The position numbers were made by a program, and so were the translations under genes. A stretch of DNA of 64,000 bases from Ionaspis alba (Eukaryota). Positions 25,539-39,337 of the stretch are shown piece by piece. The notes beneath the pieces were generated by a model that did not search any database, was not told where the DNA came from, and saw only the letters and a list, made by a program, of their open reading frames with translations. The DNA lies in contig CAXUUL010000001.1 of assembly GCA_964255285.1 (NCBI GenBank), positions 62,001-126,000 on the forward strand, in the 5' to 3' direction. Each line of letters starts with the position of its first letter. Position 1 is the stretch's first letter.

Positions 25539-26528
25539 CTAATTGCCTGGCGATCCCCTCCCTCCTTCAACAGCAATCTGACCCTCCCACGTCGCCTCGG
25601 TCAATCCCAGTGTCTCCAATAAGAACTCCCATCTCCCACTGCCCCTCTCCTTCTGCTTGAAATATCTCAACAGCTTCTGCCGTCTATGCAACAACAACCT
25701 CAGATTCCGCTTGTTGACTTTATCCTTCCACGCATGGCCCTCAAACGCATCGGCCAGCACATGGATCTTTGCGGTTAGAATCGCAATCTGCACCTCACTA
25801 CTACCTGTATCCTTGCCCGCTCGGGTGGTCGCGGTCAGCTGTCTCTGGTCAGACGATCCAGTAGCGGTAACCTGAGTGGCTGACGGCGCCTTTTGGCGTA
25901 CGGTGAGGTCGGTGTTGTGCCGGCCAAAAGTGTCAATGCAACGCTGGATGTTTGCACGGGTGCGGGATTTAGAGGAGGCGTTGGCGAGTGAAAGGATGCG
26001 GGAGACGGCTACGGAAGCTACTTCGTGCTGCTCAGCATGTTGTCTAGCAGCCAGCTTCTCAGCACCGGGATCAGCTAGAGAGCGGTCAAGGGTTGGTGCT
26101 GGGGCGGTTAGGGCGTGGGAGGTGGAGAGAGCAGTGTCGAGTTCGTCTGGATTGAAGAAGTGGTTGAGATGTAAGGACGGCGTATCGGGCGTAGGGAGCT
26201 TATCGAGTGCGGTTTCGATGGGAGTTAGGGCTATGGTGTCGAAGGAGGCGACGAATGGAGTTGGGATGCCGCGGATGGGGTCGCCTTGAGCGGTTGCGCG
26301 TTGGGCGCGGAGGGTTTCCTGGCGGGTCAAATTTGCGTTGCGACGGGCTTTGGCTTGAGCAAGGGCATATGGATCCTGATATCTTGGCCGGGGCTTCTTG
26401 GCAATTGCTGATATTGGAGGGGTGGTAGAGAATGTGCGGCAAGCTGTACGATTCATCTGCTCGACAGAGGAATAAAGGCAGCTACTAGCATGGAATTCTT
26501 GGAACGTGTCAGTGGGAGCATCAAGCAT
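25539..26528 (-). CDS. MRPS28: Mitochondrial ribosomal protein uS15m (5' end uncertain; an upstream exon is likely)
   Basis: S15 motif DTGSSEVQIAILTAKI...KDKVNKRNLRLLLHRRQKLLRYF. A branch-point/acceptor-like ACTGAC...CAAG near 26500 suggests the true start lies upstream. Confidence 0.9.
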   Translation of the reverse strand: MLDAPTDTFQEFHASSCLYSSVEQMNRTACRTFSTTPPISAIAKKPRPRYQDPYALAQAKARRNANLTRQETLRAQRATAQGDPIRGIPTPFVASFDTIALTPIETALDKLPTPDTPSLHLNHFFNPDELDTALSTSHALTAPAPTLDRSLADPGAEKLAARQHAEQHEVASVAVSRILSLANASSKSRTRANIQRCIDTFGRHNTDLTVRQKAPSATQVTATGSSDQRQLTATTRAGKDTGSSEVQIAILTAKIHVLADAFEGHAWKDKVNKRNLRLLLHRRQKLLRYFKQKERGSGRWEFLLETLGLTEATWEGQIAVEGGRGSPGN

Positions 26529-27025
26529 CGAGAGAACTCTAGATACCCTGTATCAGTCTTCCAGGCAGCCAGGACAATGGCCGAAGAAAACTGAGATTAA
26601 AATCAACTCCCATGGTCTAGGTGCGCCTGGCAAGTATAATCGGATATTTCGAGGTCAACCACTTTTGTTCAGTCTAACCGCTTTCGGGCACTTGGCATGG
26701 ACATCGCAGGTTGCTTCGCTTTGCTTGGCGCCTCAATTCTATTGTCTCTATTGCATGTAACGCGACGTTCAAAAAAAAAGTCACAGTCATATGGATATTA
26801 GTTTGAACACATGTATCGGTATAACAGAATCTCGAAACACAGCAACATCTGATAGAGTCACATTTCCTATACCCGACGCAAAGGCCCGGAATATTCGCCT
26901 CAACCCTCACCCTCCATCAGATCCGATGCATCCATACGTGAATCGTGGTCAACTCCATGAGATTGAGATGTGGGTATCAATGTCGAGCCACCTTCAATTT
27001 ACTCCACATCTCCATACCGTAATAC

Positions 27026-28493
27026 TCAATATTTTCCTGCAGCAATTGCGGCTTTGAAGAACTGTACATCGTCCAATTGCTCGGCGTTCGTCAGCGACTC
27101 GGTAGTTCCGACCTCTTCCCTATTCCGATTGAGCTTGTTGTGTGCAATGACAGCAGCGGTACCAAAATCGATCTGTGGGACGTGGCGGCTCCCATCTAGA
27201 GTATCGTACAACAGCAAAGTCTCGTCCTTGTTCTGTTTCGAACGTGTGACATGACTTCCCGTACGATCCATTGCCGGAGCGACAAGAGACGGAGCCTCGT
27301 CGTCGTCTACGTCATCCTCGCTTTGAGCAATCCCATTTTGTGGCAGGCAATTGACTCCCTCTGCTTCAGAGACGTCACCGTTCGTGAGAAGACCCGAACC
27401 GTTGATACCCTTGCTGTTGGATTGGTGCTCCTTCCAATATGTTGCAGCATTCTTGACAGCCATTTTTGTATGTAGTGCCAGTTCTTTGGTACTGAATGAG
27501 CGTTCAATGGGTATCATTGTGGAGCCTAATTGCTGACTGTCCCAAAGACCTGCTCCTTCCACTTCAAAAGCGCCACGCGCCAGCGGCCCAGGTGAGCCAT
27601 TGTCAACATCGCCTGGAGCTTTCCGCTTCCTCTTGTGACTGTCACCATTGGTCTCAAGACATTCTCCATCCATACGATGATGACGAGTATGCCTGGTCTT
27701 GCGATTACTCTGAAAACCGCTTGGGCTAGCCGGTTGTGTGATGGAAAATTGATGGTTGTTGTGAAGTAGAGTGTTGGAGTCAGCGAGATCTAGGATATCT
27801 TTCTCCTTGGAGAGTTGCCTCTTCTTATACCGAATATTGGCAATTGTCCGTTCGCGAATGGCTTGTTTCAGGATCTTGTGTTCTTCAATGGCAACTCTAA
27901 TCATGAAATCGTGATGCTCTTGAAATTCTGCAGCCCGCTGGTTATAATCGTCCTATACCCAAAGATATTAGCATTCAAGGCTCGAACCATTTGACCAACA
28001 CGGAGCTCAATTGCGACTGAAACTTTTGACATACAATCAGGTCAACTAATCTGGCATCCCGGTCCTCCATGGCATTGTTAACCTCCTCCACAAATTTCGC
28101 TGACCATTTACCAAGTGGGACCCTGATCTCACTATCGGCGGAAATGACGCTAAGAGCACCACCGCGAAGCTCACCATATGTATGCTCTCCGATGACGGAA
28201 GTAATGTCTGTGGCAATCTCATCTGCTCCATCCTCTAATGCTCTGCTATCGTAGGGATTCGCTCGATTTATGAAACTGATGTCGCGAGAAATGCTATTGA
28301 GTTGTGCCTTTGAATGACTTTCTCGATTTATTCGAAATCTCGTTTCAAGGTCTTTGTAGCCTTGCTGAATCATGTTGCGACGTTTGTCACGCTTTGTGAC
28401 CGGCTGTGGAAGAGGAGGAGTCGGAGTTATTCGGTGCGGTTGTGCTGTGGGGCGAGAGAGTGTTTGGGGTCCTGGCGATGGAGAGTACGCCAT
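27026..28493 (-). CDS. SDS3: Sds3-family subunit of the Rpd3L histone deacetylase complex (2 exons)
   Basis: N-terminal coiled coil KRDKRRN...F..NRE.H...QL..I.RD...I.RANPY. After intron 27953-28034 it continues EEHK.L...IRER.I..I..KKRQL.KEKD. Confidence 0.75.
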
Positions 28494-30723
28494 AATGGCT
28501 GAATGAGAAAAGAGAAAGAGATTCTGAAGCTTGAGAGATCATGTTAGGCCGAGAAAGGTAGATGGTAGCGATGATCTTACATTTCAGGGTCACCTCAGGC
28601 TTCCCACAAGCGCGCAGGGACGATGGAGGGAACGAAGACGGCAGTAGGTGTAGAGAAGACGCAGTCGACCACCTTGTGCGCTCTACTGATGAAGATGGGT
28701 TCTGGGAAGCGTGTACAAGATGTCTCTGTTCGTACAGAGCAATGCCACAACGATGGAGAGACCGTAACGCTGGGGCTTGTCGGAGGGTACCCGATAGCGC
28801 TATAAGAGTCTCCAGAGTACGGCTAGACAAAAAGGAAGAAGGTCATTGTGTGTAGAGACAAGCTGAAACCTTGATGGCTCTCTGAACCGAACGTATGCTG
28901 GCTTGAAATGATTTTACAGCGGAAAGAAAGGTGCGAGACCCGAAGCGCAAACAAATAGGGCAGACCCAAAATGACGAGCAGGAAAATGGGTTTCGGCGAA
29001 TTAGTCTGGCCGGCCTTATCGATAACTGTCTCATAAGGTGTAGCGGTCTTAGGGCAATCGCAAAATAAATCCTCTCCACCGTTGAATGTATCAGTAGATC
29101 AGACATATGTCTACATCAGTTACAGGTAATCGAGGCAGCGAGATTCATAAGTATATGTTATAAAATACTGAGTTGTATCAAATACTGTAAGTGGAGAAAG
29201 ATTGCCTATTGGGTTGATAATGATGTTAGGGAGATGGGTTGGCTATGCTTCTACGATTCTAGGACGGTTCTTGTACTATGTAATACTTAAAAGTAAGAGA
29301 CCGGAGTCGATGTTCTCCGGGCTAATTAGGTGACAGGAACCGAAGTATACCGGGATATCTGTCAATTTGCAACTCCGGAATTTCCAAGTTCATTCTTGAA
29401 ATCAGATTTCTCCCACAAGTTTTCACAGACATAATCATATCGTACTAACCCCATCCCACACAAAATCGTGATCTACCACTCAAGCACTGCCGTGGATGTT
29501 CGCGAGACACAACAATTCACAATGGAAGTACCTTATCTTGTAGCAATCCAAGGCTTGGGACGCGGTGCAGTGGTGAACGTGACTATGCCCTTGCCCATAT
29601 TCGTACACCTCCATTTCCTAGTCAAATTCTGAACATAGTAGTCAGTAGAGCAGAGGGTATGGCAATCAACGATGTCGATGTCGGTGGGGGATCTCTACCT
29701 CGTGAAAGCCACTGTGGATTTGAAAGTCGTGCAACTGTTTCTGGATTCGGGACGACTGTAGCGATAGAAGTCGTTCGGCATCCACTATCGGCCCTCCTTC
29801 ATGAGGAAGTGAAGCGTTATTGGAGGAAGAAGAGCCTATACGACTTGGGCCTTCGTAGTCGGTCTGCTCCACCTCGGGACATGGGAGGGGGTCTGTTGCC
29901 GGATCAATCTCCGCAACCGGGCGAATCTCCATGGATGGGTTAGTAGTGTTGGCATATTGGCATTATCTAAAGGTGAAGCTCTCAGGCCTAATACACCTTA
30001 TCGTTGCAGTGCACAGTGCCATGTTTAGCTGCCATGACTTGCCCGGTTCTGAATGAGGCCCCGATTTCTTTGCGCGGAGAGACAGCCTGCACACAACTGG
30101 CTCTCATTCTCTCAACGGCGGAGGAGAATTCCTTGCGTGGTGAACGGTATTGGGGCCTTTCCTTGGGCTGAGTATCTTCAGATTGATCGAGTAGCAATAG
30201 AGCCATCAGCCTTTACCTTGTCGACGTTTTCTGGACGAAAGCACTCCAAGAAAGGAAGTGGCGCGGCGTCCACGAGGAACTTCCAAGTCTCGCGTGCACA
30301 TACCATGCCTTCTAGCTAACAGTTGCACCGGAGAGTTGACTTGGCCTTCTAACGGTGGCAGCAGTCGCTGGTCGGCAACGAATAACGCATTTTGGGAAAC
30401 GTATAGATTAGCTTCTGGTGTTGTGAAATGAAGTGTTGACAGCCTTGTAGTCCTCACCAATATTGTGGAAGCAGAGCTGTGATGGCGAACCGAAGGCACT
30501 GTTATTGACGAGTTGACGTGATGAGAATCTCTCGCCTGCGAAGCGCGAAACGGGAAAACTTCTCTTCTCGCTGTTGTTAAGATAATTCAGGGGCAAGGTG
30601 AACGAGGGAATCACACTTTTATAATCAAAGACAGATTCACCTGTAACGCAGCTCGTAACAATTCTCCCATTCTATAAACCACTTGATAGTTCCGAACAGT
30701 CGATACCTAGTGATCCTGTACCT

Positions 30724-31594
30724 TTACTTTTTGGAAATCGACTTGAGAATAGCCTCTCCGACAGCAGCAGCGCTGGCCGGATTCTGACCCGTGATGAGCT
30801 TTCCGTCCTTAGCGACGACCACCTTTAGGGCCCATGGCTCCGTGGCCTTCTCGAATTTCCCTCCACTGTTCTTGTTCAACTCGTCCTCCAAAAGGAAAGG
30901 CATTGCCTTCGTCAGGCCAACCTGGTCTTCCTCAGTATTGGAGAAACCAGTGACCGGAGCGTTAGCGATCAGGTACGAGCCATCCGAAAGCTTGGCGTTT
31001 ATCAACGCAGCCGGACCGTGGCATACGGCGGAAACCACCTTGCCTGCTTCAGCGAATTCGCGGATGACCTTGTGAGATGTTTCGTCCGTGGCCAAATCAA
31101 ACATCGCTATATCGGCAGAAGTCAGCCGCAGGCCCAGAGCTGATGTGCAACAAATCTCCTCCAAATTTCCCTTATAGCGCGGTAGGCAAACGCAAGCGGT
31201 ATGAAGGAGACCAGGGACAGCTCACGTCCGTGTCCACCAACATAAAACACTGCGTCAAATTCTTCGGCACGCCCGACAAAGCTGGAGAGCTTTTCGGTTT
31301 TCTTCCAAAGATCTTCCTTGTTCTTAAGAAAGTCGACCGAGGCCGCGTCGTCTTTGAAAGCCTCTATCGAGCTAGGATCCAAGGGAGCCTCGCCTCCGGC
31401 CGGTGACGCAACAGAGATATCTGCGTGAGATACAAGCTCGTTGTAAGGGTGGGCGAATTCAGGCTATGGACTTTCAGCATTGGCCGGGCATCTACAAGGG
31501 AGGAAAGCATTACCAGATACCATCCCGTAGGCTTGCCAGTGCTACCCATCTTGCCATGTGAAGAGAGCACAAAAAGGACCTTGGGTTGAGACAT
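30724..31594 (-). CDS. HSP31: DJ-1/PfpI-family Hsp31-like glutathione-independent glyoxalase (3 exons)
   Basis: TGWYLPEFAHPY, FYVGGHGPMFDL, the nucleophile elbow SAVCHGPA and LITGQNPASA. Introns 31464-31513 and 31107-31225. Confidence 0.93.
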
Positions 31595-32551
31595 AGTCCT
31601 GGACAGCGACTTGTCTAAATCAAGGAAAATATGAAATGATTGTGGATTTTCGAAACTACAGTAGCAAGGGATGAGGACAATGGGAAAATGTAAACTGCAA
31701 AGGAATCTTTCGAGTATATGATGTTGGTAGGAAGGATGAGTCTGATTGCAAAGAAGAGGGGGTCGAGCTAGAATTCTCTCGTGAATTTCATCACCAACGA
31801 CGACGAAAGCATTGACATCATCGCCCCTCATCGCATCCCCGGCAACAAATTTCGAGGAGTGCAAGCCAAGAAAAGAGCCCTACCAGGTGTCCTTTCAGAT
31901 TCCGTTTTCCATAGTAGGAAACAAGCACTCGGTGGGCGAAACCAGTAGTGGGGACCAGTGGCTTCAAGCGATCACCGGTATCTGCGCGAGGGAAGGGTCC
32001 AACTCGGCTTCAACGAAGGACGACACTCCACGCACATCCCTTGTCCGAAAGTTCCGCCAGAAGCCGGACGAACCCAAGGGGAGGGGTGGAAAGGTAAGGA
32101 CGACTTGTCGCTTAAGAGCTGTTGGTTACCTCGTCGCCGGCTTGTGTGGAATGTTCGGGGCTCGAAGAACAACATACCCCGTTCGTCCAGGGCATCTACT
32201 GTTCGAAGATAGGGGCAATTTCTTGCGGCAAATCAGAACCAACGTCAGAATGAGTAACTAATGGGTTACGCCAGGCTCTGCTGACAGTATATGATGGCGG
32301 ACACCTCGCAGGTAGGAGCTGCTAGTCAGGATCAAATCCCCAAGCCCCCCCGTCGCCGCGAAGGACCGTTGAATCAGCCGCTTGGGTCCGGTCGTGGCTG
32401 CTCTTTGCCTCGTCCTCGACCCCTCGTGCGACCTCCTCTGCCTCGTACTCATCCTTGCGCTGTACGCTGTGCTGTCTTCTCCTTGGACGGAGTGCTCCAT
32501 GGGGCACGTCTCTCCTGCAATACAATTATCTGATTGTGCGTTCCATGTATC

Positions 32552-32651
32552 NNNNNNNNNNNNNNNNNNNNNNNNNNNNNNNNNNNNNNNNNNNNNNNNN
32601 NNNNNNNNNNNNNNNNNNNNNNNNNNNNNNNNNNNNNNNNNNNNNNNNNNN
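32552..32651. other. Assembly gap (100 N) flanked by an identical 55-bp duplication
   Basis: 32497-32551 is repeated exactly at 32652-32706. Confidence 0.98.
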
Positions 32652-33157
32652 CCATGGGGCACGTCTCTCCTGCAATACAATTATCTGATTGTGCGTTCCA
32701 TGTATCAAATACAGATTATGTAGGTTCTGAGACGGTTATGATGAATCCTGCTTCAAATTCAGGCAGCAGGCGAACGGTTGTCCCATGCTCTCCTCCTCAT
32801 CTCCCCTTTTGCTTTTGTTCTCTGAGTCGAATTGGATGCCTTGCTGCATGCTGGAGCAAACGGCCAACATGCCGTGGACCGCGTTTTGATGGAGGCGCAG
32901 GGCCCTCCCTGTGGGCTTGGCTATTCTGGGTGAGTCTTGGGGGGGGCGTTAGAGGGAGGTTCCTCGGTTGTGTCCGCTAAACTGTGCAAACACATGGGTC
33001 AGCGGTTTCCATGGCCAAGTCTAGACTCTCCCTTCTTGTGCAACTCAATATTCGTTCTGTGACCCTACAACTTCAGGTCTTCAATGCCCATAATAGCCTT
33101 CTGTGCGCTGTTTACTTCTGTAGTAAATTCCATCGTTTTTACCTATCACCTTTGAAG

Positions 33158-35092
33158 TTCTCCTGCTGCTGAAGAGATTTCTGGAAAGAAGACTGGTTGC
33201 TATCGCTTCCGCACTGGAAGATAGAACCTGTGCAGCAATTGACGGAGAGAAAGACAAGCAATATTCTCAGGGACCGTATGTGGAAGCAGGAAGAAACCGG
33301 ACAGTTCACACACGCCCGTTGCCAGGGGAGGGTATGCCTGGCGGCTCCGGAAGAGGAGAATTAAATATGACATCGGCCAGTTCCAATGCGACAAACATAC
33401 CGTCTTCTTCCCTTCCCAATGGATCGGCGACGAGCTTCGTGGGCCGGTCATACTCAGATCGTTCAACTCTGATAGCAGGAGGAGTGGCTTCAGATGATGA
33501 CGATGAGGCGGCTTTTCCAGAGAGTTTGTGCATAAGACGTGCCTCCTCCGTTCCTGTTGCAGACAACTACCTGAAATCGGTTCTTCACTCGAGCCGACCT
33601 GTGTTCAAGATACAGATGCCTACGTTCGACTTCGTTGGTGCTGCGTTACTGGGAAGACTTGCACCTAACCCCCAAGCCCCGTTCTTGGAAAACGAGGCTA
33701 CTCCCACAACAAACGCGCAAATCATCACACCGAATGACACTACTTCCAACCACATCCTCTCAAACCACGTACCTCCACAGCCCCTCACACCACCAGACGA
33801 GACCTTGATAACCTTCTGCACGATGGAGAACCAGCAAGCCATTAGCAACGACCTCGCCGAAGCAATAGGAGACTTGAAGATCTCGAGCAGTGGAGAGGGA
33901 CAGGCGGCCGAGAGGACGACAGGCGCAGGTGGATATCAGTCAGGCGAACTCGGTGGGGACAATGGAGCGGGCGAGGAATCGACTTGGGTCGAGGAAACCG
34001 TGAAGATTGCGCGTAAGTTATGCATTACACGTTCTTCCTACACTCTTTTACTAAATACACTTCACAGTCTCTGAAGCAACATCGACGACTGGCCCCGGTG
34101 CTGCAATCCGTGTTGTGTCGCTATCTCTACCATCCCCTGTCGCAGAAGCCGCTGGTGTGTCGTTGACGACAGCTTACCCTTCCCTGATATCTGGCCTGCA
34201 AACCAAACTCCAAACCTTCCAGTCCCAGTATATCCAAGTCATTCACGCTGTTCCAACTGGGTTCTCGCTCAACAGCCTTCCCACCTCGCCTCCGGGAACT
34301 CCTATGGGAGGCTCTGGCGAGCAGGATTACTTCAACCTTGGCAACAACGTCTTCACTAGCGCCTTCGCCCTCGTAGACCGCCACAACAAGCATACACCGC
34401 GCCCGAGTATGCCCATCCCATTGTCTCCGTGTCTCGCTGCTCCTCCCTCCAGTATCGATTTCTCCTTGATGGAGCGCTATATCCCTCCCTCTACCGTGGA
34501 TGAATTCACCGACCTTTTCAACCCCCACGGCGCGTCTAACCTCGTCGATCGTCTCCTCGAACTCTCTCCCCACAACGGTACTCTACTCTTCATCTACCCA
34601 ACCAGAGCTGGCGGTGAGATCTTTACCTCTAAATACCTTGGCCCAATCCTTGACCCTCTCCTCCGCAACATCATGGCATCCCGCCGTCTCTCCGCCGACA
34701 TCGGCATCAACGTGGGCAGAATGGTCGCAGCTTCTCACCTCCTCCCTTTTGCAAACATGTCACGCAAGCTCACACTACTCCTGCACGAACTCAGTCACGC
34801 CAATCAGTCTACGCAGTCAACCTACAAGATGGTCTACAGCACCAAGGAGACCGTGAGGATTGAGAGAAGTGTCTGGATGGAGTGGTTTGTGCGTCAGGAG
34901 AAGGCTCGCATCAGGCAGGTCACTACGGAGTATTTCAACCGCGCCAAGATGCTTCCCGGGGACGACCATGTCAATTATGCTGTTTTGACTAGGGAGATTT
35001 TGGAAGGCATGGCGAAGAGGGAGTATGAGAACGGGGATCCAAAGGAAGGAGTGGAGGTTGGGGTATTTGTCTTACGGAGGGCTTCTCGCTAA
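33158..35092 (+). CDS. Conserved-looking hypothetical protein; 5' exons unresolved and may extend towards the gap
   Basis: The frame is open from ~33127. Intron 34013-34067 (GTAAGT...CTAAAT...ACAG) joins the 264-aa and 325-aa ORFs. Globular C-terminal part with LVDRLLELSPHNGTLLFIYPT and YLGPILDPLLR. Confidence 0.75.
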
Positions 35093-35982
35093 CCTATGCT
35101 GTGTGTATCTTTTCAGTTGACAGCATAGCCACGGAGTTTGTCCTCAGCGTGGAGTTTACGGAGGACTGCATACGGATGCCCCCGGCGCTTGTTCCTAAGA
35201 TGAGTGAACCAGACAGTGAACGCTTGTGCATTAGCACTATAATGAAGGCATCGAGCTTCTCGGGTCCCTTCTCGCTTCATCACAAAGACTACAAGGACTA
35301 TATTTGAATCTAGACAGCGCTTAACAGTCTCATATATGTGTCTGTTTGGCAATTTTCATCCGCCACATGGTCGAATCATGTATGGTGGTTCATGCAGAAA
35401 ATGGATCGGTCTTGTACCCCTGGCAGCCTTTAGAAGAAGATGTAGCCGTCGTGGTAGTGAGAAAAACCCACACCGAAATGCACAAACACCGGAAAGCTTA
35501 GCGAGGCCGACCAACTAAATTGTAGCGAGGATAGGGAGGAGGCCCCTACAATTTCGCACCTCTATTGCTTTGGTGTGGGTTTCGGTTTTTTCACTCGCCT
35601 CGGTAGTTGAGCGAATCGCATTGCAAGGTTTCAGAACTTTGGCGTGTGGCAAGCAGGACGAAATAAATGATATACAATACACCAATACACCAATCAAGAT
35701 GGTCAGCGGGCCTATCCTCTAAGTCCCTTAAAACACGGGCATCTTAGGTGGGCGATTTGGGCAGCTAAGCAGTCGTAGATACTCACCCGGCTGTGATGGG
35801 AACTCCAATCTTTTGGTGTCTCATTTATTTTGTCAACCACATGCAAGAGGACAGAGCAGCACGCTAGGATTCATTAGTCTGAGCCGTTACTTAAGCAGAA
35901 GCTTGACTTGATTCGTCCTTCGTCACCTCTTTCACGCCATCAAGGGCCTCTCGTAACCTTCCACGGTATCGCGAGCGTCGTC

Positions 35983-37246
35983 ATGGAAGGTCTTTTCTAC
36001 AACGTGAATGGCGGGTACGATCTCACCGAGCTTCGACAGATATAGTGCACTTGCTGACTTACGTAGCTATGTCGAAGGCATAGTCCGAGGCTATCGCAAC
36101 ACTCTTCTCACAGGCCAGAATTATAGCAACCTTACTCAGTGCGAGACCATAGATGGTATGTTAGTAGACTCAGTGTTTACAGAACGATCTCACTGATGTG
36201 CGTAAGATGTCAAATTGCAATTGGGACCCGCCTATGGAGATTTTCTTTCCTCGCTCCCGCCAAATCCTTCTACCTCTTCCCTCGCGAATAAGACCACGGA
36301 CAAACTTGTCGCTGAGTTCCGTTATCTACAAGCCCAAGCAACAGGGTCTCTTGCAAAGTTCATGGACTATTTAACCTATGGCTATATGATTGATAACGTC
36401 GCCTTGCTTATCACTGGAACCCTTCACGAACGAGACACCCGGGAACTGTTGGAGAGATGTCACCCACTGGGCTGGTTCGAGACTATGCCTGTCCTTTGCG
36501 TTGCGACCAACATCGAGGAGCTGTACAACTCGGTTCTTATCGAGACACCTTTGGCGCCATACTTCAAAGGGTCGCTGAGCCATCAAGATCTCGACGAGCT
36601 CAACATTGAAATTGTTCGAAATACCCTTTACAAAAACTATCTAGAGGACTTCCATCGCTTCGCCACGGAACACCCAGAGCTCAAGGGTACAACGACCGCG
36701 GAAGTCATGTCAGAAGTACTGGAATTCGAAGCAGATAGAAGGGCTATTAACATAACGCTCAATTCTTTTGGCACTGAACTCTCCAAGGCAGACCGGAAGA
36801 AACTCTACCCCGAATTTGGTCGTCTCTACCCTGAAGGCACTCTAATGCTATCACGAGCCGATGACGTGGAAGGTGTTGGCCTTGCAGTCAGTGGTATTTC
36901 AGACTACAAGTCATTCTTCGATACAGCTGGTATGGGTCAAGGGGGTATGGCCAGCTCCGGGGCCGGAAACATGAGCGGAGGCACTGGTAGCGATGGAAAG
37001 AGTCTGGAGGATATGTTCTACCAGAAAGAGATGGAAATTTCAAAAGCTGCGTTCACTAGGCAGTTCACCCACGCCGTGATCTACGCCTGGGTCAAGCTGA
37101 GAGAGCAAGTACGTCGTTTTGCCATGGTTCTTTCAGTGAATATGTACTCACCAGCCATTTAGGAGATTCGAAACATCACATGGATCGCCGAATGTATAGC
37201 GCAGAACCAAAAAGAACGGATCGGTAACTACATCAGCGTTTTCTAA
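35983..37246 (+). CDS. VMA6: V-type ATPase V0 subunit d (4 exons)
   Basis: MEGLFYNVNGG|YVEGIVRGYR..., CHPLGWF, FEADRRAINITLNSFGTEL and EIRNITWIAECIAQNQ. Confidence 0.98.
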
Positions 37247-37743
37247 ATGTAGTCCAATGGCGTTGTTGAGTTTCCGGGTGCTGAGCATATTTGATGGCTG
37301 CGTTAGTCATGGACCAGCAATAGGTGTGTCTGCACGATTTGAAAATGTATCATAAATTGTGTTCGTGTGTTATGGGATTCAGGTGCTGTGCAAGTCAAGG
37401 TTTACTCAACAGTAACGGCTTGTTTTAGTGACCTCCTCACTCTCTTCCTGCAGTGTGCCATGTTTGTTGATTGTGCTTCACAATCAACGCAACAGCAAGG
37501 GCATAGACGCCATTCCCCGCATTCTGCGGCAATTGAGGACATGCATGAAGAGCACGGCTTAACGAGCAGACGAGCCGAGAGTCTCTTAATCACAGCAAGT
37601 ATTATATAGGCTATGGGAGCTACAAAGTACCGGTCTCTCATCGTCACGTTGTGAGCCTAGCCTTCACTTCATCAATCTCTCAAATCCATTATATCATTCG
37701 TTTAATATCAATTTGATTTTTTCACGTCATCGCAGCCATCTCT

Positions 37744-39337
37744 ATGAGTCGTTTCAGAATCTTCCAATCTACTACGTGGACGCACATTGACTAAAGCCAT
37801 CAACTCGCGTTCAATTCTGGACGTGTATTTGCCACCGACCAAGACAGGGTCCTCGGCCAGCTCTTCGAACAACAATATCGATAAAATTCCCCCACGTTAC
37901 TTCGACTCCACGCGAAAGACCGAAAGCTCCTCGCATACCTTACCAGCAAATCCATCTCCTCCAAGTACCTGGAGCTCATCGATGACCACATCAGAGCTTC
38001 AATTTTCCGTAATGAATATGCTCTTCGGGAAGCTGTCTTCTTGTCTCAGCGTCATCCTTTGGAGATCTACATGCATGGTACGGCTCCTGAGGCCTACGAA
38101 TACAACATCAATACCTCTGACGAGGTTGATTAGTACCGCAGAGGGACCACTCCATCCCTTATCAATACAGAACGTCAGAACAGCGCGAATGTTCTTATAA
38201 TGGAAACCAGATCTCGTGCGATGGAATTCAGAAGCTAGAGACTTGCCAAGATTGAGAGCTTCAGGGATCCATGGTGTTCTAGAGAGACACCTCCACTCAT
38301 CTAAATGAAATCAATGTCATGATCGAGGAAATCAGGAAAGAGTATACGACGGGACGTGCACCCAGGAATGGTAATGGGACGAAACAACTGAACCAGCACA
38401 GGGAGCGAATCTAGTCGATGTATCAAAGTATGCACTCCATCAACTAGGCTATTCCCGCTAAACTTATTCAGGTTCGCAGTGGCGTCCGACGATTGACAAT
38501 CCTTCAAATTCAAGATTTCTTGTTGATTCGTGGCGTCCTGAGATGGAGCACGACTACATTACCGGAGTAAGAAGAAATGCGTTTCCCGAAAACGACCCTT
38601 TGAAGCCCAAGGAAGGAAAAAGCCGTAGGCGATGGGAAGCCGTGCGTATGAAGCAAGGGTTTCCTTGCAGTGTAGATGCTGACTGCAAGGAATCTTAGAA
38701 CTGTACATAAGTTGAGGAACAGGGCGCAACCTTGAGCGGCTCGCAAGGCAGAGATGATCTCGGTCGTCAGCTCACTGGGAAGCTTCGTACTGGATAGCCC
38801 GGTGAGGTCTAGTAAGCACAATTGCAGTCGAGAAGATCCACGTGGATCCTTTAAGTCTCCAGATCTGTGGCTCTGGAGCATGCCCTGCTCAAGACCCAAT
38901 CGTTCGATCGCAGACGGATCCAGAAGGTCTCAGAAATGGGACCTTTACCCTTAAAGAAGTAGTCGGTCCAGTTTCCAATGCTACCCAGTACGCCGGATGG
39001 AAATTGCCTAGGCCAAGCAGTAAACAATGAAGAGCCTATAGGCAAGCTAATTTCACGCCGGCTTAATGACCTGAGGAAGCAGCTTGCTACAGTCGAGGCT
39101 GGCAATCAGCACAATAAGCAGAATCTCTCATCGCGACTGAAGAAAAAGATGCGGCAACTCCAGGTCAGAATCGCCAGGACAGAGAGCAATCTCAACGGGC
39201 ATGAGGCATCTAGACTTCTATGGAAGTTTGGCAGGAAAGAATCCCAAACTCTGAGGAAGATGAAACGATCGAGGGTTTGCAAGAGGATCGTGCTAGGGAG
39301 TAAATGTTATCTTGAAAGCTCAATTTTGGCATTGTAG
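37744..39337 (+). pseudogene. Probable decayed protein-coding gene
   Basis: The frame from ATG 37744 reads like protein but has in-frame TAA at 37792 and 37882. Further broken fragments follow, ending in a coiled-coil-like ORF at 38978-39337. Confidence 0.45.

Noticed and set aside
28500..30700. Short ORFs in the 2.2-kb region between SDS3 and HSP31 (for example 29522-29943)
   Set aside because: No recognisable domain, no consistent splice model and no TE hallmarks; treated as intergenic.
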